A DNA stretch of 64,000 nucleotides from Octopus sinensis (lineage: Eukaryota): NCBI RefSeq assembly GCF_006345805.1, contig NC_042997.1, positions 29,078,001 through 29,142,000 on the forward strand, written 5' to 3'. The notes beneath the pieces were generated by a model that saw only the letters and a program-made list of their open reading frames with translations, searched no databases and was not told where the DNA came from. This document shows, in pieces, positions 51,560 to 63,262 of the stretch. Each line of letters begins with the position of its first letter. The first letter of the stretch is position 1. Position numbers and translations under genes: made by a program.

Positions 51560-51625
<66 letters not shown>

Positions 51626-51852
51626 ATATATATATATATATATAGGAATTTTGTTAAATCTTCGTTCAGCTCCATTCTTTCCTATACTTAATATATAAAA
51701 CTTCAAATTTCCGCACTAAGGCACGGATTTTATGCCCCATGGTCGTAACTTCAACCGTGCTCTTTCTGTTGTGTTTTTTGCTACCCAGGTATCGGTTATC
51801 ATTTGAATTATCCGTAATAAGATAATTCATTTATCTACTTCAATAAACTATG

Positions 51853-51890
<38 letters not shown>

Positions 51891-51914
51891 TATATATATA
51901 TATATATATATATA

Positions 51915-51951
<37 letters not shown>

Positions 51952-52017
51952 TACGTATATACATATATATACATATATATACATAATATATATATATATA
52001 CATATATATAGATATAC

Positions 52018-52050
<33 letters not shown>

Positions 52051-52106
52051 CATATATATATTATATTATATATATATATATATATATTTATGTATGCATA
52101 TATATA

Positions 52107-52160
<54 letters not shown>

Positions 52161-52238
52161 TTATTTATTTGTTTATTTATATACATATATATTTTCATAA
52201 CTATGTATATCGAGAGAGAGAGGGAAGAGATAAATGGT

Positions 52239-52285
<47 letters not shown>

Positions 52286-52522
52286 TGCACATGGCGAAGA
52301 CGACATATGAGTATTAAAGATATGCAGCACAGACTCCAAAAATGATATCTTTAAAGTTTAAGTTATCTCAGTCTGTCCATCAAATTCAAATGGTCAGTTA
52401 GTCTTGACTGCTCAGTTTCGATTAAAGATGTTCATGCATTCTTCATTTTTTTTTTTTTGAAATATACGGAGAAATATCAAAATGTCTAGCACATAGATAA
52501 CATATTTTATTATATTTGTTTT

Positions 52523-52696
52523 CTGTGGTAAGTAGCTTGCTAACCAGCCACATGGTTCTGGGTTCAGTCCCACTGCGTGCCATCTTGGGCGAGTGTCTTC
52601 TGCTATAGCCTCGGGCCGACCAAATCCTTGTGAGTGGATTTGGTAGACAGAAACTGAAAGAAGTCTGTCGTATATATGTGTATATATTCATATATA

Positions 52697-52785
<89 letters not shown>

Positions 52786-52988
52786 TTATATATATATATG
52801 TGTGTGTGTGTATATGTTTGTGTGTCTGTGTTTGTCCCTCTAGCATTGCTTGACAACCGATGCTGGTGTGCTTACGTCCCCGTCACTTAGCGGTTCGGCA
52901 AAACAGACCGATAGAATAGGTACTAAAGGCGGTGCTCCAGCATGGCCGCAGTCAAATGACTGAAACAAGTAAAAGAGTAAAAGAGTAT
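52523..52988 (+). mobile_element. SINE family 2 with expanded (TA)n spacer
   Basis: Family 2 head, body and tail; small internal deletion before GGCGGTGCTCC. Confidence 0.9.
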
Positions 52989-52989
52989 A

Positions 52990-53357
52990 CTAGCAGTATC
53001 ACCCGGCGTTGCTTTAGAATTGGAATTTTTGAAAAGTAAAAATGTTGCATTATGTAGCTTGTTATTCTCTTTAAGTGAACATTTTTCTGGTTGAAATACA
53101 CGAGAAATGGCGACAGTCAATTATCGTAAAAAAATAGGGATTTTCATAGAAAAAAAAAGTACCTTTTTGATGTAAATAATTTTTGGTGTTAACTTGGTCC
53201 GATTTGAATTTTTTCTTCTATGGAAAGAAGAGCAAGCCTTCTTCTATCAAACTCTCAATTTTGGTAAACTTGCGCCGCAGGGTTGCGGAGGAGATAGTGT
53301 TAGTTGAAGGCTACCAAACCTGCCATACACAGACAACTTCAACTTTATATATATAGA
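52990..53357 (-). mobile_element. Non-autonomous Helitron-like element
   Basis: Minus strand begins TCTATATATATAAAGTTG..TTGTCTGT after A and ends GCAACGCCGGGTGATACTG-CTAG before T. Confidence 0.78.
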
Positions 53358-53358
53358 T

Positions 53359-53798
53359 AGTTGGCATGTGTTCTCAAAGTCCAAACGATTAATACGAAAA
53401 AACCCTCCAGGCTACTCCCGAAAATTCATTTCTTTGCCGAATTTCTACAATGTTTTCGGCGATTTGTTTATATATCTTGATTTTTTATTTTTCATGCAAT
53501 TTACGCATGCTCGCACGCGTGGTGAACACAGTTCACGTCAAACAGCTGACTGAGTAAAGTTCACTATTTAATGCATGGGATAAGGCCTAAACAAACGCAT
53601 TATCGATTATTGCACTTGCGAGATGAATTTCGGAACAGAAATAGCGCAGTTCGACTTTCATTCGCCTAAATTTTAAGTGACCCATTTTTGGTGGTTCGAC
53701 GATTTGTTGGCTAGGAGGAGATGTGCCGGGAAGTTAAACACACAGACACACACACAGATACACACACAGACACACAGGTTGAGTTATATATATATAGA
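53359..53798 (-). mobile_element. Second Helitron-like element, head-to-tail with the previous one
   Basis: Minus-strand 5' TCTATATATATATAA followed by (GTGTCT)-type repeats. The 3' end is degenerate (CTA then TC of the next unit). Confidence 0.45.
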
Positions 53799-54249
53799 TG
53801 TACAAATGCATAATGGAACAGAAGCGTTTCTTTATTAGATTATTGATATTCCAGTTGCAGGTTTTAGTGTTCAACTATTTATTATAGTTCATAGTAAAAG
53901 AATAGGTAACTAATTATGTTGTATGATTGTTTGCTCTAAATTCATAGTCACAACAAAATAATTTATGTATTCAAAACTATAACGACCAGCCGTTTCGATT
54001 TCGGAATTTCCCGTATCTAAACAAAGAACGATGAAATTAATTTCGACACATATTTACCGCGCAAAGTAAAACTGTTTCAGCAATCTACGGTTTCAGCAAA
54101 TGTCTAAAAATGGTGGCCAATGGGGTTGCCTCCAAGGAAACACAAAACAACGAATGGTGTCCTACAAGGGACTACAGGTTATAGTGGCCCTCTCCGATGA
54201 GGTAGAACATTAAAACATTAAAGCGGAAGATGAGGTAGAACATTAAAAC

Positions 54250-54740
54250 TTAATGCGCATGCACAACAGAGTTCACGGTCAATATTTGCCAAGCGGCTTT
54301 ACTCTGATTGCATTAATATTGTTTCTATGACAACCGTCCGGATACTTCTTGATTATACCTCTTATATGCCCCGACCTTAGATTCAGACGGGGCGTCCATG
54401 GAGCTAAGATATTTATGTATGCTAAACCACTGGTCACTCTAGGACTGTACATAGCCTTAACTACGAATGAATACGTTACTGCTGCTTCAAGAACATCCTC
54501 TCTCCCGGGGTGTGTTGTTTCTGAAGCCACGACTGACAAAGAATGTTCTTGAAGTCGGGTTTTTGAACTTGCGGAGATAATATTTACATTCATCTGAGGA
54601 AACACAACTAAATCTCATAATCCACAGCAACAGTTGTGTAATCAAGTACCTGCACGCATACAGAACTACTTTGCGTGGAAACAATTGTAGCGATTTAAAA
54701 AATAATTGTCCCAACGTAGTCCTTCTTGCTGACTCCATTT
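54250..54740 (-). mobile_element. Tc1/mariner-superfamily transposase remnant
   Basis: Degenerate SSDE, MFLKQQ*RIHS and PRLNL...NNINAIR...AWQIL blocks on the minus strand. Confidence 0.45.
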
Positions 54741-54917
54741 TTTCAGTTACCAATTCACACACGACAAATGACCAAACACAAATATTGAAGTACTATAATT
54801 CTACTATTGGATTGCTTAAAGTATATCTGAAGGTGGACGCGCTTTATACTGTACTCTGCTACGCTCTTAGTAGAATATATATAACTATATATGTATGTAT
54901 ATATATATATATATATA

Positions 54918-54949
<32 letters not shown>

Positions 54950-54953
<4 letters not shown>

Positions 54954-55432
54954 AGATAAAGGGTGAAATAGAATTAATTTAATAAAATCAACAAATTTCA
55001 CCAAATAGTCTTCAGTATGGAAAAGGACCATATTCGGTAAAATTATATCTAATTATAACAATGAGGGTCTTTGCAACAAGTTGCTAGACCACATACCGAA
55101 AGTATTAGAAATAGCAGCGAGAGGACTGTTAATTCTTTTACTACAAAAATATGTCCCCATCGACAACAGTATTTGTAACTCATTATATAGCAAAAAGCCG
55201 AAGTACCATAACGAAATCAAACAGTCACGGTCAATTATGGACGCTTACGTTTCTGGATTAGAATCAAAGATTCATTTCCTTCATGAACATAATATTCCGA
55301 TAAATAAATCAAGAAATGCTAGGTAATCTTAATGTTTGTAGTAATAGAAATAACAGTCCTCTGGCTGCTATTTCTAATACTTTCGGTATGTGGTCTAGCA
55401 ACTTGTTGCAAAGACCCTCATTGTTATAATTA
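54950..55432. repeat. PLE-type fold-back: ~97-bp inverted arms (55050-55146 and 55335-55432), ~190-bp spacer
   Basis: Arms read directly. Shares motifs (TTCACCAA..TTCAGTATG, CCACATAC, ATTAGAAATAGCAGC) with the 58.6-kb repeat family. Confidence 0.88.
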
Positions 55433-55439
55433 TATATAT

Positions 55440-55504
<65 letters not shown>

Positions 55505-56419
55505 TATATATATACATGCATACACACATAAAGTATACATTATATCAGTGTAAGTTAATTATCATTTAATGCACACAGTATAAACGTAAGATCTACTAAC
55601 AGTTTGTTGCTGTGATGACACGGGACTTAGTACGTTATTAACTCTGCCTAGCCACATGTATTCACACCAAGAGGTTATTGGTAGACCTTATCTTCATACA
55701 GTATATACTAAATGGTGTTTATCGCTCACTGGAGTACTGATTTCTTTTAGTTTACCCGAACGAGACAGCAAACTATATGTTATAGTTATATAGTCAAGTT
55801 TTCCTCAGAATGAAATGTCTCTACGACATTTCAAACATCTTCAGTACATTTTACGTAAAATACCATGTTGGTTTATTTCTGCAGCAGGTACACATTTTCC
55901 AAAAAAATTGTATGAAGGTCGCTATCACTGTGATATTATAAATCTAATCATGTAACATTTAAATTAATTTTTCTCTCCTATCAGATTTGTTGAAATTACA
56001 CTTTGTATTTATTTTGTGTGTATCTATGTGTACTTCTGTGCTTGGATGTATGCGTGCGCTGGTGTGCCTATGTGAGTGCGTATGTGTGTGGAAGCTTGTA
56101 TGCATGCATGTTTGTATCTATGTGTGCTAACAGCTACTTCTTATTGGAGTAGTGTTATGTCTTTATTGAACATTGGTCGACCATATGCATACAGATGGAT
56201 TTTTAGTTCAGCTTTCGTTCTGCAGTAACGTTCACTGATGTGGCTTTTATTCCTTTTTTCAGTAAAACTTACTAAGGTGCGCGTGACAGTAGAACCATCT
56301 CGCTTAGAGTTCAACTACTCTCTGATTCATCTGACATTACACCAATGACAAACCCAGTAAGTCAGAGAGAAATTCTCTACACATTACACCTCCATTCCTG
56401 CTGTGTTCCTGCTTTCATT

Positions 56420-57020
56420 ACACTTCCATCTGACAGAGAGAAAGCTCCAAAACAGCATATCCCATTCGCTTTAACTCGACGACGCCATACTTGTAAATGA
56501 TAGTTTCACTTTCCATGACATACGGCTAACAGCACTATAGATATCAGTTTCCATAGATTTAAGGCTGCCTTTTATGCCGTACATAAACTACTTTCAAATT
56601 TCTACTTTCGCCTCTTCCCTCTGGTCAGCTCTCTGTCATATTACTCTTTTTGCAACCTGCTATCTTTTAGTCCGATGATCTGACCAGCCCAAAGGATATG
56701 GTTCTAAATTATCATTTCCGCAACATTGGAGCTGTCAGCTTTCTCAAATACAGCAAATTATGTTGTGTAAGAGGACCATGTTATGTTCAGGATGCACCGG
56801 GCATCCTGCAATTTGGCCATGTTTCGCATTTCTATCGTAAGGCTATAAGGACACAGGCTTCATATAGAGTGATTTTTTTAATCTCTCATGATACATCGAT
56901 CTGACCAGACTCTCTACTCGATTTACCCGAAAGCAATACTAGCTTTCGCCAACCTTTTAGTTATTTATTTATGTCAGCGCCAGGGGTGCCACCTCTACTA
57001 AATGTACTTCTAAGCTACGC
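56420..57020 (-). mobile_element. RTE-clade LINE 3' fragment
   Basis: Minus translation RCILNITW...VFEKA...MII*NHILWAGQIIGLKDSRLQKE*YDRELTRGKRR. Confidence 0.65.
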
Positions 57021-57524
57021 AAAGTTGTCCATTTCTTGGAGTATTTAACCTTCCACGATAGTGACAGGCACAACATACACTTTCCTTATTAGTGGACTAT
57101 ACATAACGTTTCTTATTTTTATGATAACACTTAGAACAAATACTGTGTATGGATTCGAGAACTTGTCCACTGTCATGCAGTGGACACTTGTCCACTGTCA
57201 TGCAGTGAATGAGCAACACAATTTGGATCATGAGCATAAGGGATTTTCTGACAAGAATACTAAACATCTTTGACTTGGTGAAGCGGCTCAAATTAAATAC
57301 TTTGCTAGAGATTCTAAATAGGATATACGCATATGCTTTCAAGCATACATTTGTATCCCGGCAAAGTATATGGAGAAGAGAACGGGTGCTGAAATGTCAC
57401 TTTCTTTCACACAATTTATCCACTGGAATTAGCACTTAAAATGTACCATGGGTATTCACATTTGCCCTGATGCATTCATGAAGATTTTTAGAATCCTTAA
57501 GTAACACACGTGAGCAAGCTTTTC

Positions 57525-57600
<76 letters not shown>

Positions 57601-57614
57601 ATATATATATATAT

Positions 57615-57620
57615 ATAGAT

Positions 57621-57654
<34 letters not shown>

Positions 57655-57655
57655 G

Positions 57656-57695
<40 letters not shown>

Positions 57696-57696
57696 T

Positions 57697-57774
<78 letters not shown>

Positions 57775-57775
57775 G
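57615..57775. repeat. (TAGA)n microsatellite
   Basis: Direct inspection; another tract at 52240-52285. Confidence 0.95.
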
Positions 57776-57844
57776 CATATATATATATATGTGTGTATGT
57801 ATGTATGTATGTAAGTATTTAAGTAAATGTATATGTAAAGGGTA

Positions 57845-58525
57845 ACATTTATTAAAAATAATAATTTATACCAAGTGGCTAGCATGTGTAGAAAAATGTC
57901 ATTAGAGAGAAATATTTTTACAATATATAAAATTTATACACGGAGAGAAGACCACTGTCTTGGTTCCTTGCATGCTACGAAGAACAGTCAAATTCCCCAA
58001 TCAAGAAATATCATTCTTGTTTATAGCGATCAGGGCAATTTGAAATAATTAAAGTATCAGTTAATTCTATACTCCCACATTTCACCATTTATAATTAAAT
58101 AAATCAATTAATTCATCAATCAGCTGATGAATTAACGATCCGTGGATCCTCAGTAGAATCGCTGCGACACATAATTATAAAACTCGAATACGTAACGATT
58201 CACTTGCATACTGAGTTTCATCGTTATATATCAATTCAAATCAAATTGCATCAATCATCGTGCCCAGCCAGAATAATACAGCAGTGAATATAAGTTCATC
58301 AGTGAATTACCTGACCTCAAAATATAAATTATTTAAGTATTATATAAACGATAAAAATAATTTTAAATAATTTATACCTAGTTGCTAGCATGTGTAAATA
58401 AATGTCAATAGACATAAATATTTTTATAATATATATGAGAACATAAAATTTATAAATTTTACTGCCCTTTCTAGCATGCAAAATGACCACATAGTGGTCT
58501 TCACTCCGTGTATAAAATTTATATA

Positions 58526-58530
<5 letters not shown>
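57845..58530. repeat. Composite direct plus inverted repeat
   Basis: Direct pair 57855-57940 and 58362-58455; inverted pair 57922-57980 and 58468-58528. Confidence 0.75.
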
Positions 58531-58571
<41 letters not shown>

Positions 58572-58585
58572 TACATAAATATATA

Positions 58586-58650
<65 letters not shown>

Positions 58651-58651
<1 letters not shown>

Positions 58652-60129
58652 CAACAATTGAGGGTAAAATTAATTAGTTATTAATCAATTTCACCAAGTA
58701 TTCAGTATGTAAAGGGACCATTTAAGGCGAATTCAAAATATTACATTGTATAAAAGGGCTTAGTAAAATAAATTACTTTGCCACATACTGAACTCATTAG
58801 AAATAGCAGCCAAAAAAAAGATTTTTTAGCCATTTCTAATACTTAAAGAAAATTTCTCTCAGGTAGTGTTTACTCAAAATAACCCACGAAGGTATGGGGG
58901 TAAAAACATTAAAGATCACAAGTGCAAAGATTATTTGAGAATGTACGTTTCTAGATCTGCCAAATACAATTCGACATTTCTTTCGTCAGCCCCAAATTTC
59001 TTAATTCGGATTTGGAAACACTGAAAGTAGGAGCATACCCTTTTGGCGACTTTTCACCTCAGAAGATCCGTTCAAACTAACAGTGCCAACAAATTCAAAA
59101 TATGCAAGCGAAGAATTCCTGCTCTCCCCCTTCCACCCACGTGGGTCAGACTAGTAAACACCATGTTCTATCGGTGAAAACCGAGGAATTAAACAGAGAG
59201 AAATGAATTATAATTTCAACAATTGAGGGTAAAATTAATTAGTTATTAATCAATTTCACCAAGTATTCAGTATGTAAAGGGACCATTTAAGGCGAATTCA
59301 AAATATTACATTGTATAAAAGGGCTTAGTAAAATAAATTACTTTGCCACATACTGAACTCATTAGAAATAGCAGCCAAAAAAAAGATTTTTTAGCCATTT
59401 CTAATACTTAAAGAAAATTTCTCTCATGTAGTGTTTACTCAAAATAACCCACGAAGATATGGGGGTAAAAACATTAAAAATCACAAGTGCAAAGATTATT
59501 TGAGAACGAGTTCAGTATGTGGCAAAGTAATTTATTTTATTTTACTAAGCCCTTTTATACAATGTAATATTTTGAATTCGCCTTAAATTGTCCCTTTACA
59601 TACTGAATACTTGGTGAAATTGATTAATAACTAATTAATTTTACCCTCAATTGTTGAAATTATAATTCATTTCTCTCTGTTTAATGCCTCGGTTTTCACT
59701 GATAAAATATGTTGTTTACTAGTCTGACCCACGTGGGTGGAAGGGGGAGAGCAGGAATTCTTCGCTTGCATATTTTGAATTTGTTGGCACTGTTAGTTTG
59801 AACGGATCTTCTGAGGTGAAAAGTCGCCAAAAGGGTATGCTCCTACTTTCAGTGTTTCCAAATCCGAATTAAGAAATTTGGGGCTGACGAAAGAAATGTC
59901 GAATTGTATTTGGCTGATCTAGAAACGTACGTTCTCAAATAATCTTTGCACTTGTGATCTTTAATGTTTTTACACCCATACCTTCGTGGGTTATTTTGAG
60001 TAAACACTACCTGAGAGAAATTTTCTTTAAGTATTAGAAATGGCTAAAAAATCTTTTTTTTGGCTGCTATTTCTAATGAGTTCAGTATGTGGCAAAGTAA
60101 TTTATTTTACTAAGCCCTTTTATACAATG
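58651..60129. mobile_element. Penelope-type pseudo-LTR array: tandem 565-bp units followed by an inverted copy (~620-bp arms)
   Basis: Unit starts at 58651 and 59216. Arms 58744-59362 and 59507-60129 are near-perfect reverse complements. (TA)n on both sides. PLE identity is inferred from architecture and shared motifs. Confidence 0.85.
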
Positions 60130-60462
60130 CAATATATATATATATGTATATATACATACATACATGCATGCATAGATATATATATACAAACATATATACA
60201 TACATATATGTATATATATTTATGCATATATATATATATACATATGCATTTAGGTATGTATGTATTTGTGCATGTGTGTATGTGTGTATGTATGTATGTG
60301 TAAGAAGGGAAAGATATGATGTTATGTACATCTGGATTTTTCTTAAATATCAGGTCCAAAACTTCGGCGTTGAAAAATTTATTATCACCAGTAGAGTGTT
60401 CCATTTTATTGATGCAAAGAGCTCACACTTTGAAGAAAACATACGAGCAGATTTTGCAATAC

Positions 60463-60606
60463 CTTGGAATTCCGCGTCCCTCAAATTTTCAATGTCCTCA
60501 TTAAGATGCTGAGAGACATATGTTAGGGTAAATGGAGGTGAGTTGAAATTGAAATAAGATTTTGCACTGTCAAGCGACTTAGGTGAATCAACTTCGATCA
60601 GGAATC
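60463..60606 (-). CDS. Putative exon 2 of the LRR-like gene (GFLIEVDSPKSLDSAKSYFNFNSPPFTLTYVSQHLNEDIENLRDAEFQ)
   Basis: 144-bp phase 1-1 exon, acceptor GCCCTCATTTAG, donor AAG|GTATTG, non-repetitive sequence, open frame. Confidence 0.5.
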
Positions 60607-60769
60607 CTAAATGAGGGCAGCCGTGTCAAACACTCCCATTCAGCAATGTCAAGAATAAAAGACGAGGTATGAAGCTACAAGAATATCAACTGTTGTATCC
60701 CAGTAAGACCTCCGATTGCAAACCGAAACAGAGAAATTTCACATTTTGGCAGACAACCAGTAAATTCGA

Positions 60770-60945
60770 GGAAGGAGTAAGTCTATTACGTCGCCTGCAG
60801 TAATGAACTGGCACCTGATTTAGCAACCCCGAAAGTATGACAAGCAAAGTCGGCCACGTCGGAATTTAAATTCAGAACGTGAAAACGGTCGTGCTAGTGC
60901 TAAGCCTTTTGACCGGCATGCTAAATTCTTCCAGCTCTCCGCCTC
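60770..60945 (-). mobile_element. SINE family 1, degenerate
   Basis: CCCCGAAAGTATGACAAGCAAAGTCGGCC...TTTAAATTCAGAACGTG. Confidence 0.7.
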
Positions 60946-61257
60946 ATGAAACTGGTAAAATATTAAAAGTAAAAGGACATATAGGTGTGGTATTGAGTGT
61001 AGTTTTATGAGTGCACATCTATATCTGTCACGTATATCTATGTAACTACCCAGACATGAACATGATGTTGTATGCTCTTATACCGAATGCAACTCACTCT
61101 GTATTTCTTTATGCGTGTTTGTAGAAGCGCGTTTGGACTTGTAAACAAATAAGGAGCTACATATATTCGAGTATATCTGTATCTATGGATTAAGCATGGG
61201 ATATTAATCGCTGAAATGTCCCTTCATTATAGTGGCTTCTCCGATTATCTAGCTTAC

Positions 61258-61318
61258 CTAATAATAGCTCAAGATACAGCAATGATAACTGAGCTGATGT
61301 GGTTGTAAAACACTGCAT
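61258..61318 (-). CDS. Putative first coding exon, signal-peptide-like (MQCFTTTSAQLSLLYLELLL)
   Basis: ATG at 61318, consensus donor TAG|GTAAGC at 61257, phase 1 matching exon 2. Confidence 0.48.
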
Positions 61319-61939
61319 ATTTCTCACACCGAACTGTCAATTGGTGTCATATTTTCTTGTATATTTTACACGCTACTTTGGTTTTATTAGCTTAATTAGT
61401 GTTCAGTTTATTAATAGCCCACAGAACAATATATTAATATTCACGTTTCTGCCTTCTTTAAATTCGGGTAACGTTATGGGAAGAAACTCAAAGATTAAGA
61501 AAGGAAATGAATGACAAGCGATAACACCAGAAGGTTCCTGAGGAGCCACTGGTGACAGCCGTTTTGATAATGATGGAGAGAGAAAGAGAGAGAAACAGTG
61601 CTTTATGATTACAGAGGATTGTTAATAAGCGTGAAGATGTGTAAGGTGACAGTTTCCTAAATTATCTTTTCCCCTATTCCCTCCCTCCTTTAATTTCTTT
61701 CTTTCTCTCTCGTTCTGTCACTCTCCTATCATCATCATTAGCAACAGCGATAAGGTCACGACAGCCATCTCGGTAATAAGAAGCCACGCTGTAGTTTTCC
61801 TCTACCGCAACTATCAACCATTAGTTGAGTGGATATGTATTGATACACGAGACTGTGTAATCACACACGCATACACAAGAAACACTGAAACTCATGTAGA
61901 TAGAGTCATATATGTGAACATTTACAAAAGTAATCTATG

Positions 61940-62325
61940 GGCGCAGGCGTGGCTGTATGGTAAGTAGCTTGCTTACCAACCACATGGTTCCGGGTTCAGT
62001 CCCAGTGCGTGGCACATTGGGCAAGTGTCTTCTACTATAGCCTCGGGCCAACCAAAGCCTTGTGACGGAAACTGAAAGACGCCCGTCGTATATATGTATA
62101 TGTATATATATTAGTGTGTGTGTTTGTGTGTCTGTGTTTGTCCCCCCAACGTCGCTTGACAACCGATGCTGGTGGGTTTATTAGCGCTTCGGCAAAAGAA
62201 ACAGATAGAATAAGTACTAGGCTTACCAAAAATAAGTCCTGGGATCGATTTGCTCGACTAAAGGTGGTGCTCCAGCATGGCCGCAGTCAAATGACTGAAA
62301 AAAGTAAAAGAGAAAGTGAAAAGAG
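61940..62325 (+). mobile_element. SINE family 2, near full length
   Basis: Family 2 head and tail, with a ~17-bp deletion in the body. Confidence 0.9.
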
Positions 62326-62952
62326 AGCTTCGATTGCAAACAGACACAAAAAAACATACATATCCATTAAAAATTTTTGATAAAGGTTTTACCATCATAT
62401 TTCCAAAAATAAATGTTTTATAACAGACATTTAAATATTAAAAATACAAAATGTTGAATGTCAAGGGTACGGAAGCGCAACGAAAATATTCGGAGTAAAT
62501 TTGCAAAGTTATTGAAAGAAGCATAGCGCGAACATTTGAGGGAACCGTGTTTTTGTTACGTATGGGATCTTTACCGTAGTGTAAACATCAATTATGTAGA
62601 TGAACACAGAAGTCAATAACCGTAGTTGGGCAGAATTGATTATCTCTGTAAATAGAAAATCTTTACAATGTCTTAACTGAACAATAAATTAACTCAAATA
62701 ACAGGTAAAATTAGATTTCAGATAATAGACACAACTTAAACCATGATGAATATTACTAATATATTTCCAACAGTTTTATAAATACATGTTTCAATTTATA
62801 GATTTGTACGTGCCAAGACTAAACACAATGCAGGCAGAGAACCATGTAGTGATACATGCATGCATATAGAGAATCAAGGACACACACACACATACCCAAC
62901 ACCCTATGTGTGTGTGTGTATGTGTGTGTATATACACGTATGGCCAAAGTCA

Positions 62953-63177
62953 CGAGCTGGCAGAACCGTTAGCACGCCGGGCGAAATGCGTAGCCGTATT
63001 TCGTCTGCCGTTACGTTCTGAGTTCAAATTCCGCCGAGGTCGACTTTGCCTTTCATCCTATCGGGGTCGATAAATTAAGTACCAGTTACGTACTGGGGTC
63101 GATGTAATCGACTTAATTCGTTGTGTCTGTCCTTGTTTGTCCCCTCTATGTTTAGCCCCTTCTGGGTAATAAAGAAA
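62953..63177 (+). mobile_element. SINE family 1, full-length monomer
   Basis: GAGCTGGCAGAACCGTTAGC A-box region, GTTCTGAGTTCAAATTCC B box, central domain, tail GGGTAATAAAGAAA. Confidence 0.92.
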
Positions 63178-63262
63178 CACACATATATTATTATATATAT
63201 ATATATATATAGATATATATATATATATATATATTATATATAATATATATATATATAATATA

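Noticed and set aside
54190-54250. 21-bp direct repeat GATGAGGTAGAACATTAAAAC x2 (and a 22-bp pair at 57161-57206)
   Set aside because: Two-copy local duplications with short or no spacer; not CRISPR-like, and typical slippage products in eukaryotic DNA.
60500-60530. EDIENLRDA resembling the start of a hemocyanin functional unit
   Set aside because: The flanking IRK and YQxIAxxHG copper-binding context is absent.
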